In this document: one piece after another, positions 1 to 9,455 of the stretch
How positions within the stretch are numbered: the first letter of the stretch is position 1
Layout of the letters: each line of letters starts with the position of its first letter
From: Candidatus Latescibacterota bacterium
GTDB taxonomy: Bacteria; Latescibacterota; UBA2968; UBA8231
Length of the DNA stretch: 64,000 bases
Direction: 5' to 3'
NCBI GenBank assembly: GCA_965243025.1
Contig: CBDETY010000003.1
Location: 6,304,001 to 6,368,000, forward strand
Position numbers and translations under genes: made by a program
The notes under the pieces: model-generated
Databases searched by the model: none
What the model saw: the letters and a program-made list of their open reading frames with translations, nothing else
Told to the model about the DNA's origin: nothing

Positions 1-840
1 TCGCCGGAAGGGGGCCGCACCCACAGCCATTACTTCCCGTCCCGCGGCCAGTGCGGAGACTGCCACACGCCCGCGTCCGGGTACGTCCTCGGCCTGCGCA
101 CCGGGCAGATGAACCGCGACGGCCTTATCGAGAGTTGGGAACGGGAGGGGCTGTTCGCCGGCGAGCTGCCGGCTGCCGGGACCTGGGCGAAGTGGCCGGA
201 GCCGGAGGACGAGAGCCTCCCCCTGGTGCCGCGGGCCCGCGCCTACCTCGCCGCCAACTGCGCCAACTGCCATCGCCCGGAGCACGGCAGCCGGGCGCTG
301 TTCGACCTGCGCTTCGACACGCCGCTGAAGGAGACGGGGATCCTCGAGAGCGCCCGCCTCGGGAACCTCGGGATACAGGAGGCGCGGATCGTCGAGCGGG
401 GGGAGCCGCAGCGTTCCCTGCTGTACGTGCGCATGCTCGAAACCGGCAGGTGGCGCATGCCGCCGCTGGCCACCGCCCTGGTCGACACGCAGGGGGCGGG
501 GCTGGTCGGCCGCTGGATCGAGCGCCTCGGGGACCCGACCGCGGTCGAGGTGGCTATGGGAGAGCAGGGGCTGCCGGGGGAGTTCGCGCTGCTGCCGCCG
601 TATCCCAACCCGGCCAACGCAACCCTGTCGATCCCGTTCGCCCTCGCTGCTTCCGGGGATGCCCGGCTGGAGGTGTTCAACCTTGCGGGGCAGCGGGTCG
701 AGACCCTGTGGGAGGGGGCGAGGCCGGCGGGCGGCCACCTGCTGCGCTGGGACAGCGGCGGCCGCGCGAGCGGCGTCTACGTCGTCCGCCTGACGGCCGG
801 CGGCCGCATGCAGTCGCGCAAGGTGATGCTGCTGCGCTGA
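1..840 (+). CDS. 5'-truncated secreted c-type cytochrome domain protein (two CxxCH motifs) with C-terminal T9SS/FlgD-like sorting domain
   Basis: Frame 1 is open from base 1 (SPEGGRTHSHYFPSRGQCGDCHT...). Second motif CANCH. C-terminus PTAVE...YPNPAN...VFNLAGQRV...GVYVVRL...KVMLLR. Confidence 0.75.
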   Translation, partial: SPEGGRTHSHYFPSRGQCGDCHTPASGYVLGLRTGQMNRDGLIESWEREGLFAGELPAAGTWAKWPEPEDESLPLVPRARAYLAANCANCHRPEHGSRALFDLRFDTPLKETGILESARLGNLGIQEARIVERGEPQRSLLYVRMLETGRWRMPPLATALVDTQGAGLVGRWIERLGDPTAVEVAMGEQGLPGEFALLPPYPNPANATLSIPFALAASGDARLEVFNLAGQRVETLWEGARPAGGHLLRWDSGGRASGVYVVRLTAGGRMQSRKVMLLR

Positions 841-853
841 GCCGAACCGGTCC

Positions 854-1666
854 TCAGCCCCGGCGGGCGAGCAGCTCCCGCACCTTCTCCTCGTCCTCGG
901 GGTTGGTGACGCCGATCCAGTCCTCGTCGGAGACGTACACGTCCATCACCAGCTTCCCCGATGAAACGAGACCGTCGATCTCGGTCGGCAGCAGGCACTC
1001 CGCCGACGGATCGCCGGCGTGCTCCGCCTTGAAGGAGGCGAGCACCTCCCCGAGCAGGCCGAGCACCGGCGGGTGGAACCCGAACAGGTTGACGTTGCAG
1101 ATGGTGTCCGGCGTCAGGCCCCTGGCCGCCATGTTGCCGCGGTCGAGGTCGAACAGCTCGGCGGCTGACTTCAGGGTTCCGTCCTCGTTGAGCTCGAACA
1201 CCCCCCGGTTCACCGTCCCTTCCTCGGGCAGCATCTTCGCCAGCGGGAACCCCACGGTCGCCGCGTTCTCCGATCTCCCCAGGTGACCGGCGAGGAGCCC
1301 GAACGCCTGCTCCCCGCAGATGTCGTCGCCGTTGCAGACCACGAACGGACCGCCGACGAAATCCCGGGCGGCGCAGACCGCGTCGACGGTGCCCCACGGC
1401 TTCCCGCGGATCTCGGGGTCGAACTCCTGCAGGGCGTAGTCGACAGGGACGCCCCTGTGCCGCGAACCGAACAGCTCCTGAAACGGGGTGCGCGTCGCCT
1501 CGCCGACCACGAACACGACGCGGGAGATACCGGCGCTCAGCGCCTGTTCGAGAATGAACTCGACGAGCCTTTCGCCGTTGGGGCCCACCCTGGCGAACCC
1601 CTTGATGCGGCCGCCGAAACGGCGCGAAAGACCCGCGACCATGCAGACAAGTGTGACCTCTGGCAT
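854..1666 (-). CDS. Nucleotidyltransferase / NDP-sugar synthase family protein
   Basis: N-terminal MVAGLSRRFGGRIK, KPWGTVDAV and VCNGDD motifs. Confidence 0.85.
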   Translation of the reverse strand: MPEVTLVCMVAGLSRRFGGRIKGFARVGPNGERLVEFILEQALSAGISRVVFVVGEATRTPFQELFGSRHRGVPVDYALQEFDPEIRGKPWGTVDAVCAARDFVGGPFVVCNGDDICGEQAFGLLAGHLGRSENAATVGFPLAKMLPEEGTVNRGVFELNEDGTLKSAAELFDLDRGNMAARGLTPDTICNVNLFGFHPPVLGLLGEVLASFKAEHAGDPSAECLLPTEIDGLVSSGKLVMDVYVSDEDWIGVTNPEDEEKVRELLARRG

Positions 1667-2012
1667 TCGTAGAAACCGTCAGGTAATGGGGGTGAAGCAG
1701 TTGCGGAAGGGGATTCGTCCAACTTAGGCGCTGTCCGGCTGGGCGCAAACTTCCATTACGGCTCTTCCCCGGGACCGGCTCCGGGCTCGCGATAATCCCC
1801 GGCGAACCTGGAATGCGAAGCATGAGGGCGCCTTCCAACCCCGGAATCCCGGCATCGGACCGGGTTTCTGCTCCGGGAAGCGGGAATCGCGATTTCGCAC
1901 AGACCGCGGCACCCATCTCTCAGGTGCTGTCGGGCGGTCAACGCGGTATTTCAGTATCGTCCCCGGCACCGCCCAGAAGCTCCTGCCCCGACAGAAAACC
2001 CTGGAGAACGCC

Positions 2013-3389
2013 ATGGCCCGGCTGCGCCCCCTGCCCTTCGTCTTCCCTCCCTTCGATTTCCTCGAAGACGAGCGCGTCCAGGACGAGCTGATCGCCGGCG
2101 GCGTCGGCGACCTGATGCTCGTCTGGGCCCACCTCTACGACGAGCGCCCCCACCCGGAGGCGACGCCCCACCGCCGCCGAACCGATGGGCGGTTCGTCCG
2201 CGACTACTTCGCCGCGCCCCGCCGCGGGCGCCTGGTACCGGCCGCCTTCCGGGCAACCCCCGAGCTCTACGAAGGCATGAACTGCACGCCCCCGGAGCTG
2301 CCCCCCGGGATGGAGGAGAAGTCCGAGCGCCTCGGGGCCGTCATCGAGCAGCTGTCGGCCAAGGGAGTGCGGGTCTGCGTGTTCGGCTACCTCGGCGACG
2401 GTCCGGACGGCCCGGCGACCTGGCCCTCCGAGGAGTCGCGGCGCGCCCACCGCTGGGAGTACGCCGAGGCTCGCGTCCGCGACTTTCTCCTGCACTTCCC
2501 GGCGCTGGCCGGCTTCGTCACCGACGGCCCCGGATTCGGGTACGAGATCACCCCCGGCTTCACCGGCGGAGGCCCGCTGACCTTCGCCCCGCTGCCCACC
2601 GGAGAGGAGGCGGATGCCCTCGCCGCCGAGCTCGGGGCCGACCTGTCCGCCATGGAGGCGGCCTCCGGCCGGCTGCGGGACTGCCTGCGCGGACTCACCC
2701 CGGAGAAGGTCGACCTGTTCCTCGACAGCCAGGCCGGGGTCTTCGACGCCGTCGACCTGTTCATGGAGGACGACGCCGTGGTCGACCTGCTGCGCTTCAA
2801 GACCCTGGCGACCGAGCGCGAGGTCGGGGCGATGAACCGGGCCGTCAAGGCGGCCGACCCCCGGCTCGAGTACGGCATCTGCCCCCGTCTGCCCTGCTTC
2901 GTCCCCTTCCAGGGCTGCAACTTCCGCCGCCTCAACCGGTTCTGCGACTACAACCAGACCAAGCACTACCTCTGGACCGGCGGCCGCGACGGCTTCCGCG
3001 GGACCCTGGAGCGCTACCGGAACACCCTGCGGGAGTGGAACCCCGGCCTCGGCGACGACCGGATCGAGGCGCTGATCTGCCGCCTCCTCGGGGTGGAGCT
3101 GCCCGGAGACTACCGCATCGCCGACTTCGACCGCCCGGCTCCCTGGAGCTTCTTCGAGAAGGTGGTGTACCGCGAGTCGCGCAAGATGCTGTTCCGCATC
3201 GGCGACCCGGAGCGGATCTCCCCGTTCGTCGGCCTCGAGCACGGGGGCAGTCCCTGGATGACGGCCGAGGAGCTCGACTTCCTCTTCCGGGCGATGGCCG
3301 AGGCCGGGCTGACGCGCTTCACCTACTACTGTTTGAACGACGTCACCGACGAGATCTGGGAGGTGATGACGCGGTATACCGCGGACTGA
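2013..3389 (+). CDS. Hypothetical protein, possibly glycoside-hydrolase-like TIM barrel
   Basis: 458 aa, host-like codon usage, GGAGA RBS. No diagnostic motif recognised; fold is a guess. Confidence 0.6.
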   Translation: MARLRPLPFVFPPFDFLEDERVQDELIAGGVGDLMLVWAHLYDERPHPEATPHRRRTDGRFVRDYFAAPRRGRLVPAAFRATPELYEGMNCTPPELPPGMEEKSERLGAVIEQLSAKGVRVCVFGYLGDGPDGPATWPSEESRRAHRWEYAEARVRDFLLHFPALAGFVTDGPGFGYEITPGFTGGGPLTFAPLPTGEEADALAAELGADLSAMEAASGRLRDCLRGLTPEKVDLFLDSQAGVFDAVDLFMEDDAVVDLLRFKTLATEREVGAMNRAVKAADPRLEYGICPRLPCFVPFQGCNFRRLNRFCDYNQTKHYLWTGGRDGFRGTLERYRNTLREWNPGLGDDRIEALICRLLGVELPGDYRIADFDRPAPWSFFEKVVYRESRKMLFRIGDPERISPFVGLEHGGSPWMTAEELDFLFRAMAEAGLTRFTYYCLNDVTDEIWEVMTRYTAD

Positions 3390-3547
3390 GCGGGGCCCGG
3401 GCGGCCTGGCTGGGGCCGTATCCCGGTAAACGAGATAATCCTCCAACGGAACCAGTGCGGAAAAGCCCCTGAACCTGTCCAAATTTGGAGAGCCTGTTCA
3501 TCCATTCCCTTCATCTCCAGAAGACGGTCATCTTTTGGCCTCCGGGC

Positions 3548-3577
3548 TTGCTTATATGCACGTTTGTTCAGTATATT
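3548..3577 (+). promoter_or_regulatory. Putative sigma70 promoter of the ssp operon
   Basis: TTGCTT-18 nt-TATATT in an AT-rich stretch ~110 bp upstream of the cysteine desulfurase. Confidence 0.4.
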
Positions 3578-3685
3578 CTGATGTGTACAACGTGAGCCGG
3601 TACCGTGTTAACACCTGAGACCAGACGGGCATTTCCTCGCCTTCCGATCTGCAAAACCCATCTCTGATTTACAACTCTCCGGCCC

Positions 3686-4873
3686 ATGAGCATGGAGCCT
3701 TCCGAGATCTATCTCGACAACAACGCCACGACTCAGCCGATGCCCGAAGTCCGAGCCGCGGTGTTGAATGCAATGGGTTCGTTCGGCAATCCCTCCAGCA
3801 GCCATGCAGCCGGCGAACGTGCGCGCGAGCAACTGCACAACGCGAGGTTGTCGCTGGCCTCTCTTCTCGGGTGCGAACCCAACGCGATCGTCTTCACCAG
3901 CGGCGCCACCGAAGCGAACAACACCGTCATCCGCAGTTTCTCCGGTACCGAAAAACGGATCGTGTCGACCTCGGTCGAACACTCATCCGTCCTCGCCCCC
4001 CTCGACAGAAGTGAGCGTGAAGGAACCGAAGTCGTGCTGCTTCCTGTCGATAGAAGCGGAATCGTCGATCCGGACGACCTGAGGGATGCGATCACCGTGG
4101 AGACCTCCCTGGTATCGATTCAGTGGGTGAACAGTGAGACAGGGGTTGTCCAACCGGTCGAGGATTTCGGGCGAATCTGCTCGGAAGCCGGGGTGCCGTT
4201 CCACACGGACGCGGCACAGGCTGTCGGAAAGCTGCCAGTTAGGCGGCGCGAACTCCCGGTCGACTTTGCGTCGATTGCAGGCCACAAGTTCCACGCACCG
4301 CCCGGTACAGGGGCTCTGTATTTGCGCGGCAGTGCTTGGCTCAAGGGTCTACTGGACGGCGGCGATCAGGAATCGGGCATGCGAGCAGGCACCGAGAACG
4401 TCCCGGGCATCGCCGGCATGGGATGTGCTGCCACCATACGTGCAGGATCTCTCCCCGAGACCATCACCCGGCTCGGCAAGCTGCGCGATCTGTTCGAGAG
4501 CGAGGTCATGGACCGGTGCCCCGGCGTGTCCCTAAACGGGGGGCGCGCCACCCGCGTGTGCAACACCACGAACCTGCTCTTCGACGGCGTGGACGGGCAG
4601 GCCCTGGTAGCCCGGCTGGACCAGCGGGGAATCCGGTGCTCGCAGAGCTCGGCATGCACCAATCACCGGCCGGAGCCCTCGCACGTGCTGCGGGCAATGG
4701 GACTGTCTGAGGAGGAAGCCTACGCAAGCGTCCGCTTCAGCTTGTCGGTGCTGAACAGCGAGGAGGAGGTGGTCGCTGCGGCCACCGCCGTGGCGGAAGT
4801 AGTGGCACAGGTAAGGGCATTTTCGGACTGGAAGGACACAAGCCAAACGGAGCTGTCGGGGGTGACCGAATGA
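3686..4873 (+). CDS. sspA: Cysteine desulfurase (DndA/SspA type) of a DNA phosphorothioation cluster
   Basis: YLDNNATT, GNPSS, FTSGATEANN, HTDAAQ, GHKFHAP (PLP Lys), RAGTEN and CSQSSAC. ATGA overlap with the DUF4007 gene. Confidence 0.85.
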   Translation: MSMEPSEIYLDNNATTQPMPEVRAAVLNAMGSFGNPSSSHAAGERAREQLHNARLSLASLLGCEPNAIVFTSGATEANNTVIRSFSGTEKRIVSTSVEHSSVLAPLDRSEREGTEVVLLPVDRSGIVDPDDLRDAITVETSLVSIQWVNSETGVVQPVEDFGRICSEAGVPFHTDAAQAVGKLPVRRRELPVDFASIAGHKFHAPPGTGALYLRGSAWLKGLLDGGDQESGMRAGTENVPGIAGMGCAATIRAGSLPETITRLGKLRDLFESEVMDRCPGVSLNGGRATRVCNTTNLLFDGVDGQALVARLDQRGIRCSQSSACTNHRPEPSHVLRAMGLSEEEAYASVRFSLSVLNSEEEVVAAATAVAEVVAQVRAFSDWKDTSQTELSGVTE

Positions 4874-5778
4874 AATTCGGAGGACACGAGACCTTCCCCG
4901 TTCGGGAAGGGTGGCTGCACAAAGGGTTGAAGCTCGTCGTCGAAGAGCCCGAAAAGCTCGTTGACGAGCACGTTGCCGACTGGCTTGGCGTGGGCAGAAA
5001 CATGGCCAAGTCGATCCGCTATTGGCTCCAGGCGACAGGCCTGTGCGAGCAAGTCTCGGGGACCCGGCCTCGCAAGAGCGCCCTGCTGCAAACCACTCCT
5101 CTGGGAAGTCTCGTCTGGGAGCGCGATCCCTACTTCACCGACATAGGCACCTGGTGGGCGCTCCACGTGAACCTGATCAGCAGCGATGAGCACGCGTTCA
5201 CCTGGGATTGGTTCTTCAACAGATTCAAGCTGCAGCGCTTCGACAAGGCGGTGTGCGTCGAGGGACTGCAACGGTTCCTCCAGATGCATCGGGGTCGCAT
5301 GCCCAGCCCCCGCACCCTCGACCGGGACGTGAGCTGCCTGCTGCTGAGCTATTCGAGAAGCCTCCCGGACAGGGAGGTGGATCCGGAGGAGGCGCAGGAG
5401 TCTCCGTTCGTCGAGCTGGGCTTGCTGTCCCACTACTGGACAAGCGGGTACTACGAGGTCGACCAGGGCACGAAAGCGATTCCCGCTCATATCCTGTGCT
5501 ACTCCCTGACCAGGGCCTTCGGCGGCGACGCCCACGACGGCCCGATCCAGGCCTCGGTCCAGGAGTCGTCACACCGGCGGGGCGGTCCGGGGACCGCCTT
5601 TTGCATGACCGCGGAAGACCTGTACGAAGCCGTGATTCAGGCGGAAGACGAGCAGGTCGGTCTCGAAATCCACGGACTGGCGGGGCAGCGAAACCTCGTC
5701 GTCGAGCGACGGGAAGAAACGAACTGGCTGGATGGATATTTCAACCATGCGGGATTGGACGGGCTCCATGCAGCTTAA
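4870..5778 (+). CDS. sspB: DUF4007 family protein (SspB-like)
   Basis: N-terminus MKFGGHETFPVREGWLHKG, LGVGRNMAKSIRYWL, DPY...TWWALHVNL, SPFVELGLL. Confidence 0.85.
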   Translation: MKFGGHETFPVREGWLHKGLKLVVEEPEKLVDEHVADWLGVGRNMAKSIRYWLQATGLCEQVSGTRPRKSALLQTTPLGSLVWERDPYFTDIGTWWALHVNLISSDEHAFTWDWFFNRFKLQRFDKAVCVEGLQRFLQMHRGRMPSPRTLDRDVSCLLLSYSRSLPDREVDPEEAQESPFVELGLLSHYWTSGYYEVDQGTKAIPAHILCYSLTRAFGGDAHDGPIQASVQESSHRRGGPGTAFCMTAEDLYEAVIQAEDEQVGLEIHGLAGQRNLVVERREETNWLDGYFNHAGLDGLHAA

Positions 5779-5997
5779 AACAATATCCACGGCCAGAGAC
5801 CCTGTCTCGCAGGACTCATTTCTGCGTTCGATAAAAATCGTCTACGACGGAAGAGCCAGGTCGGATCGCCCACTTCCGTCGAGGACCGAATTGATGAATT
5901 GTTCGCCAGGCTCGTCGATCTCGTCGGCGAAGCAGAAGCGGAGAGGAGGCTGTCCGTGATTCGGCAAAAGAGGACGGAGGAATCGCTCGATGGCTAG
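5768..5997 (+). pseudogene. sspC: Internally deleted SspC-like ATPase: N-terminal ~27 codons joined out of frame to ~48 C-terminal codons
   Basis: ATG 5768 overlaps the sspB stop and reads MQLKT...SFLRSIKIVYD. From ~5851 another frame reads KSQVGSPTSVEDRIDELFARLVDLVGEAEAERRLSVIRQKRTEESLDG*, with its stop (5995-5997) overlapping the sspD ATG at 5990. Confidence 0.65.
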
Positions 5998-6805
5998 CAT
6001 GCAAGAGGCGTTGGAAAGCCTGTCCGACAAGAGCATCCGCCATATCGTCAGTATCTCAGGAGGTAAAGACTCTACCGCGCTCGCCCTGTATCTGCGCCAG
6101 GATTTCCCGGAGATCCCCGCGGAGTACGTGTTCTGCGATACCGGCTGTGAGTTGCCCGAGACCTACGAGTACCTCGAACGGCTGGAAGCACTCCTGGGCG
6201 TGGAGGTGCAGCGGCTCAATGCTCTCGACGATCTCAAGGTCGCGAGGAAGCCAGGTCGCAATCCCTTCGATCTCTACCTGAACGAGCTCTATGGCGGATA
6301 CCTGCCGAATCCGCGTTCGAGATGGTGCACGAGGGTGCTGAAGATTCAGCCGTTCGAACGCTTCGTCGGCGACAGTCAGGCGTTCAGCTACATCGGGATC
6401 CGCGGCGACGAAGACAGGGAGGGGTACCAATCGAAGAAGCCACCGGTGATTTCACAGCGGCCGAACATCCTGCCCGTGTACCCTTTCAAGGACGCGGGGA
6501 TGGTCCTTGAGGACATCAAGCGAATTCTGACCGAATCGGGAATCGGTTTGCCGGGCTATTACCGCTGGCGGTCCCGTTCCGGCTGTTATTTCTGTTTCTA
6601 CCAGCAGGTAGGGGAGTGGCAGAACCTCAAGGAGGTACACCCCGATCTTTTCGAAAAAGCAATGGGGTATGAGCAGGATAGCGCCGGAGACCGGGGCTAT
6701 ACCTGGGTCGACGGACGGCCGCTACTCAGAATTGCGGAGCTGGCGGAGCGGGAGGAGATCCCAGCGCCAGATCTGGCCGAAGGTTGTGCCGTGTGTCATT
6801 TGTAA
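5990..6805 (+). CDS. sspD: PAPS-reductase-family protein (SspD/DndC-like)
   Basis: PP-loop SISGGKDS, FCDTG-ELPETY, RWCTRVLKIQP, RSRSGCYFCFYQ, C-terminal CAVCHL. Confidence 0.85.
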   Translation: MASMQEALESLSDKSIRHIVSISGGKDSTALALYLRQDFPEIPAEYVFCDTGCELPETYEYLERLEALLGVEVQRLNALDDLKVARKPGRNPFDLYLNELYGGYLPNPRSRWCTRVLKIQPFERFVGDSQAFSYIGIRGDEDREGYQSKKPPVISQRPNILPVYPFKDAGMVLEDIKRILTESGIGLPGYYRWRSRSGCYFCFYQQVGEWQNLKEVHPDLFEKAMGYEQDSAGDRGYTWVDGRPLLRIAELAEREEIPAPDLAEGCAVCHL

Positions 6806-6844
6806 CCTTGACGGTACGCCCGAATCTCGTCCTCTTACTGATCG

Positions 6845-7746
6845 ATGAATCGGGACGAGTTCCTCAAGAAGATCGAGCGCATCAACGTCTGGCAGCGTCG
6901 CGGTGAACGCGCGCCGCACAAACCCCTGCTGCTGCTGTTTGCGCTCGGACGCGTCCTCCGCATGGAAGAGCGCCTTGCCCCCTACATGCAGATCGAGAAG
7001 CGGCTCACGGACCTCCTGAAAAACTTCGGTCCGCCCCGCAAGGCGTGGCACCCTGAGTTCCCGTTCGGCCGCCTGCCCGCCGACGGACTCTGGGAGATCC
7101 CCGGGGGAAAACCCTGCCCCGCACTTCCAAGGGAGATCTTCACATCGGCCAGCTACGCAAGCGCGGGGTCCAGGGAGGTTTTCCAGCCCAGCTTTACGAC
7201 CTGCTCCGCAACCGCCCCGAACTAGTGAGAGAGGGGGCACAAAGACTCTTGGAGGGGCACTTCCCCGAGTCCCTGCACGACGAGATCCGCGATGCGGTTG
7301 GCATCCCCCGTAACTGGGTGGTTAGGGATGCGCCGCTTTCCCCGCGGCGGGACCAGGCCTTTCGCAACGAGGTCCTTTGCCAGTACCAGGGACGCTGCGC
7401 AGTCTGTGACTTCGACGTGCGTCTGGGAGAGGATCTGATCGGTCTGGAAGCCGCCCACATCAAGTGGCATGCGGCCGGAGGTCCGGACGAGGTCGCGAAC
7501 GGACTGGCCTTGTGCGGACTGTACCACAAAGCGTTCGACAAGGGCGCGCTCGGTCTGAAAGCCGATGAATGCTCAGGCTACAAGGTGCTCGTTTCCAGCG
7601 ATATCAAAGGTCAAAGCGCCCAGCGCTGGTTTCTCGATTACCACAAAACGCCTCTCCGGAAACCTCGAAACCGTTGCCTCGGCCCCGACCCCAGTTTCGT
7701 GAAGTGGCATGAGAAAGAGGTTTTCCGCCGCCCGGCTCTGACCTGA
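6845..7746 (+). pseudogene. Phosphorothioated-DNA-binding restriction endonuclease (SBD-HNH), 1-nt frameshift at ~7103-7111
   Basis: SBD motifs ERAPHKPLLLLFALGR and PEFPFGRL..GLWEI. The -1 frame after G5A4 continues TLPRTSKGDLH...VREGAQRLLEGHFPESLH into the HNH part CAVC...LEAAHIKWH..GGPD..NGLALC..HKAFD. Confidence 0.8.
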
Positions 7747-7900
7747 CCGCGGCAACCACCCCTGGACAGGCCTGTTCTCCGAAAGGACCGGGCTCTTGAA
7801 ATAGTGTCTCAGTTTGAATGAGACATTACCGTCTGGCAGAATGACCCGGTCACCCGGGAACCCGCTCCGCAGCCTGCCCCAGAACCTACCGGAGCCTCGC

Positions 7901-9304
7901 CTACCCCACTCCCACCCCACCCTCCGCTCGCAGCCACCTCCGCTCCTCCCCCTCGGCCCACGGATACCTGAAGTGCTCGGCCAGCTCCCGGTTGGCCGGC
8001 TGCTCCAGCAGCTCCTCCAGCGCCCCCCAGGCCTGCTCGTACGACCGCGTCTGGTGGTTCTCCAGCGTCTCCCACAGCAGCATGCTCCGGTCCCCGGTCC
8101 GGTACGCCTCCAGCTCCCGCTCCATCCTCAGGATCTCCGGAAGGACCTGCTCCAGCATGATCTTCTTCGGCAGCGGTTCCAGCTTCAGCGGCCGGATCCC
8201 CTCCCCGTCGATCACCGCCGGCACCTCGACGACGACGTCGTCGTCCACCCCGGGCAGGGCTCCCCGGTTCGGCACGTTGACCTGGAACTTCCCGCGCACG
8301 TCGTTGGCGAGCGCGTCGATGATCGGCACCTGCTGCTCCTGGGTGCGGGTGGTTCCGAAGACCTCCGTCATGCGCGCCTCCGGGTCGGCGCACGCCGCCC
8401 GCACCTGCTCCATCCTGCGGTCGAGGCGCTCGACGAACACCGGCCGCGCGATGTGCGTGTCCGGCCCTCCGAACGGCTCCCCGTACCAATGCTTCTTGGT
8501 GGCGATGTCGGTGTGATACCACCAGCCGCCCCGCCGCGGCGTGTCGCCGATCGGCATCAGCCCGTACATGCGGTACTGGTGGATGGTGCCGCGCGACAGC
8601 TGGATGTCGTGGGTCGAGCCCGCCTCGTGGGTCGCCCAGTAGTTCTCCCCCTCCTCCTCGATCCAGCGGTCGATCAGGGGATAGGCGTCCTCGCCGTCGT
8701 AGCGGAAGCTCGTCATCCAGATGCAGTGGTTGACCCCGGGCGCCTCGAAGTCGACGCGGTCGAGGTCGAGGCCGAGCTCGTCGACGATGTGCAGGTACCC
8801 GAGATGCCCGTGGCAGAGGCCGCAGATCCTGACCGGCATCTCCCTCGTCATCAGGGTGCAGCCGTCGAACACCGGGTTGCCGGACTGGATCAGCCACGCC
8901 TCCGGGCACAGCCGCTCCATGTCGCGGCCGAGCTCCATCATTACCCTGAACTGGTAGAAGGAGCCGGCCTCGACGCCGCGGTAGTAATACCCGTGCCTGG
9001 CCATCAGCTCCCTCATGTCGGCCTGATGGTGATGGCTCTGCACCATGGCGGTGTCGATGACGAAGTCGCAGCCGCGCAGCGCTTCGGCGCGGTCGGTGGT
9101 CTGCTGGAAGCGCAGCCGCGCCCCGACCTCGTCGGTGTAGCGCCCCGCCATGCGGGTGACGGCGTCGAGGCGCTCGGCGTCGATGTCCATGAAGTGGACC
9201 TCGCTCCCTTCGAGGTTGGGCGTCAGGCAGAGGTCCTTGACGAGGCCGAGGCTGAAGGTGGCGGAACCGGCGCCGATTACGCCGATGCGTACGGGACTGG
9301 GCAT
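7901..9304 (-). CDS. Glycoside hydrolase family 4 (alpha-glucosidase/alpha-galactosidase)
   Basis: IGVIGAGSATF NAD-binding start, QSGNP, GLCHG, GVNHCIW, VNVPNRG...VVEVPA. Confidence 0.9.
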   Translation of the reverse strand: MPSPVRIGVIGAGSATFSLGLVKDLCLTPNLEGSEVHFMDIDAERLDAVTRMAGRYTDEVGARLRFQQTTDRAEALRGCDFVIDTAMVQSHHHQADMRELMARHGYYYRGVEAGSFYQFRVMMELGRDMERLCPEAWLIQSGNPVFDGCTLMTREMPVRICGLCHGHLGYLHIVDELGLDLDRVDFEAPGVNHCIWMTSFRYDGEDAYPLIDRWIEEEGENYWATHEAGSTHDIQLSRGTIHQYRMYGLMPIGDTPRRGGWWYHTDIATKKHWYGEPFGGPDTHIARPVFVERLDRRMEQVRAACADPEARMTEVFGTTRTQEQQVPIIDALANDVRGKFQVNVPNRGALPGVDDDVVVEVPAVIDGEGIRPLKLEPLPKKIMLEQVLPEILRMERELEAYRTGDRSMLLWETLENHQTRSYEQAWGALEELLEQPANRELAEHFRYPWAEGEERRWLRAEGGVGVG

Positions 9305-9455
9305 GTCATTCCTCCGGCGATCGAATTCGGGGACGCCGCCGGAGCGGGTCCCGGTGAGGTCTATGTTCCATTGTTATCGGCGACAGGTGGAAGGATTGGG
9401 TCAAGAACGGGTTCCATCGGGGCCATCAACATTAATGCCGCCGTGGTCCGCCGAC

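Noticed and set aside
1667-2012. Glycine riboswitch suggested by CTCTCAGG
   Set aside because: The GGAGA and CCGAAG elements are not arranged upstream as required.
3686-6805. BREX type 4 or Dnd assignment
   Set aside because: No pglZ, brxL, dndB, dndD or dndE in the window. Gene order and the separate DUF4007 gene fit sspABCD better.
7805-7825. TGTCTCA-N7-TGAGACA inverted repeat as an IS end bounding the PT island
   Set aside because: Only 7-bp arms, with no transposase and no matching partner at the left boundary.
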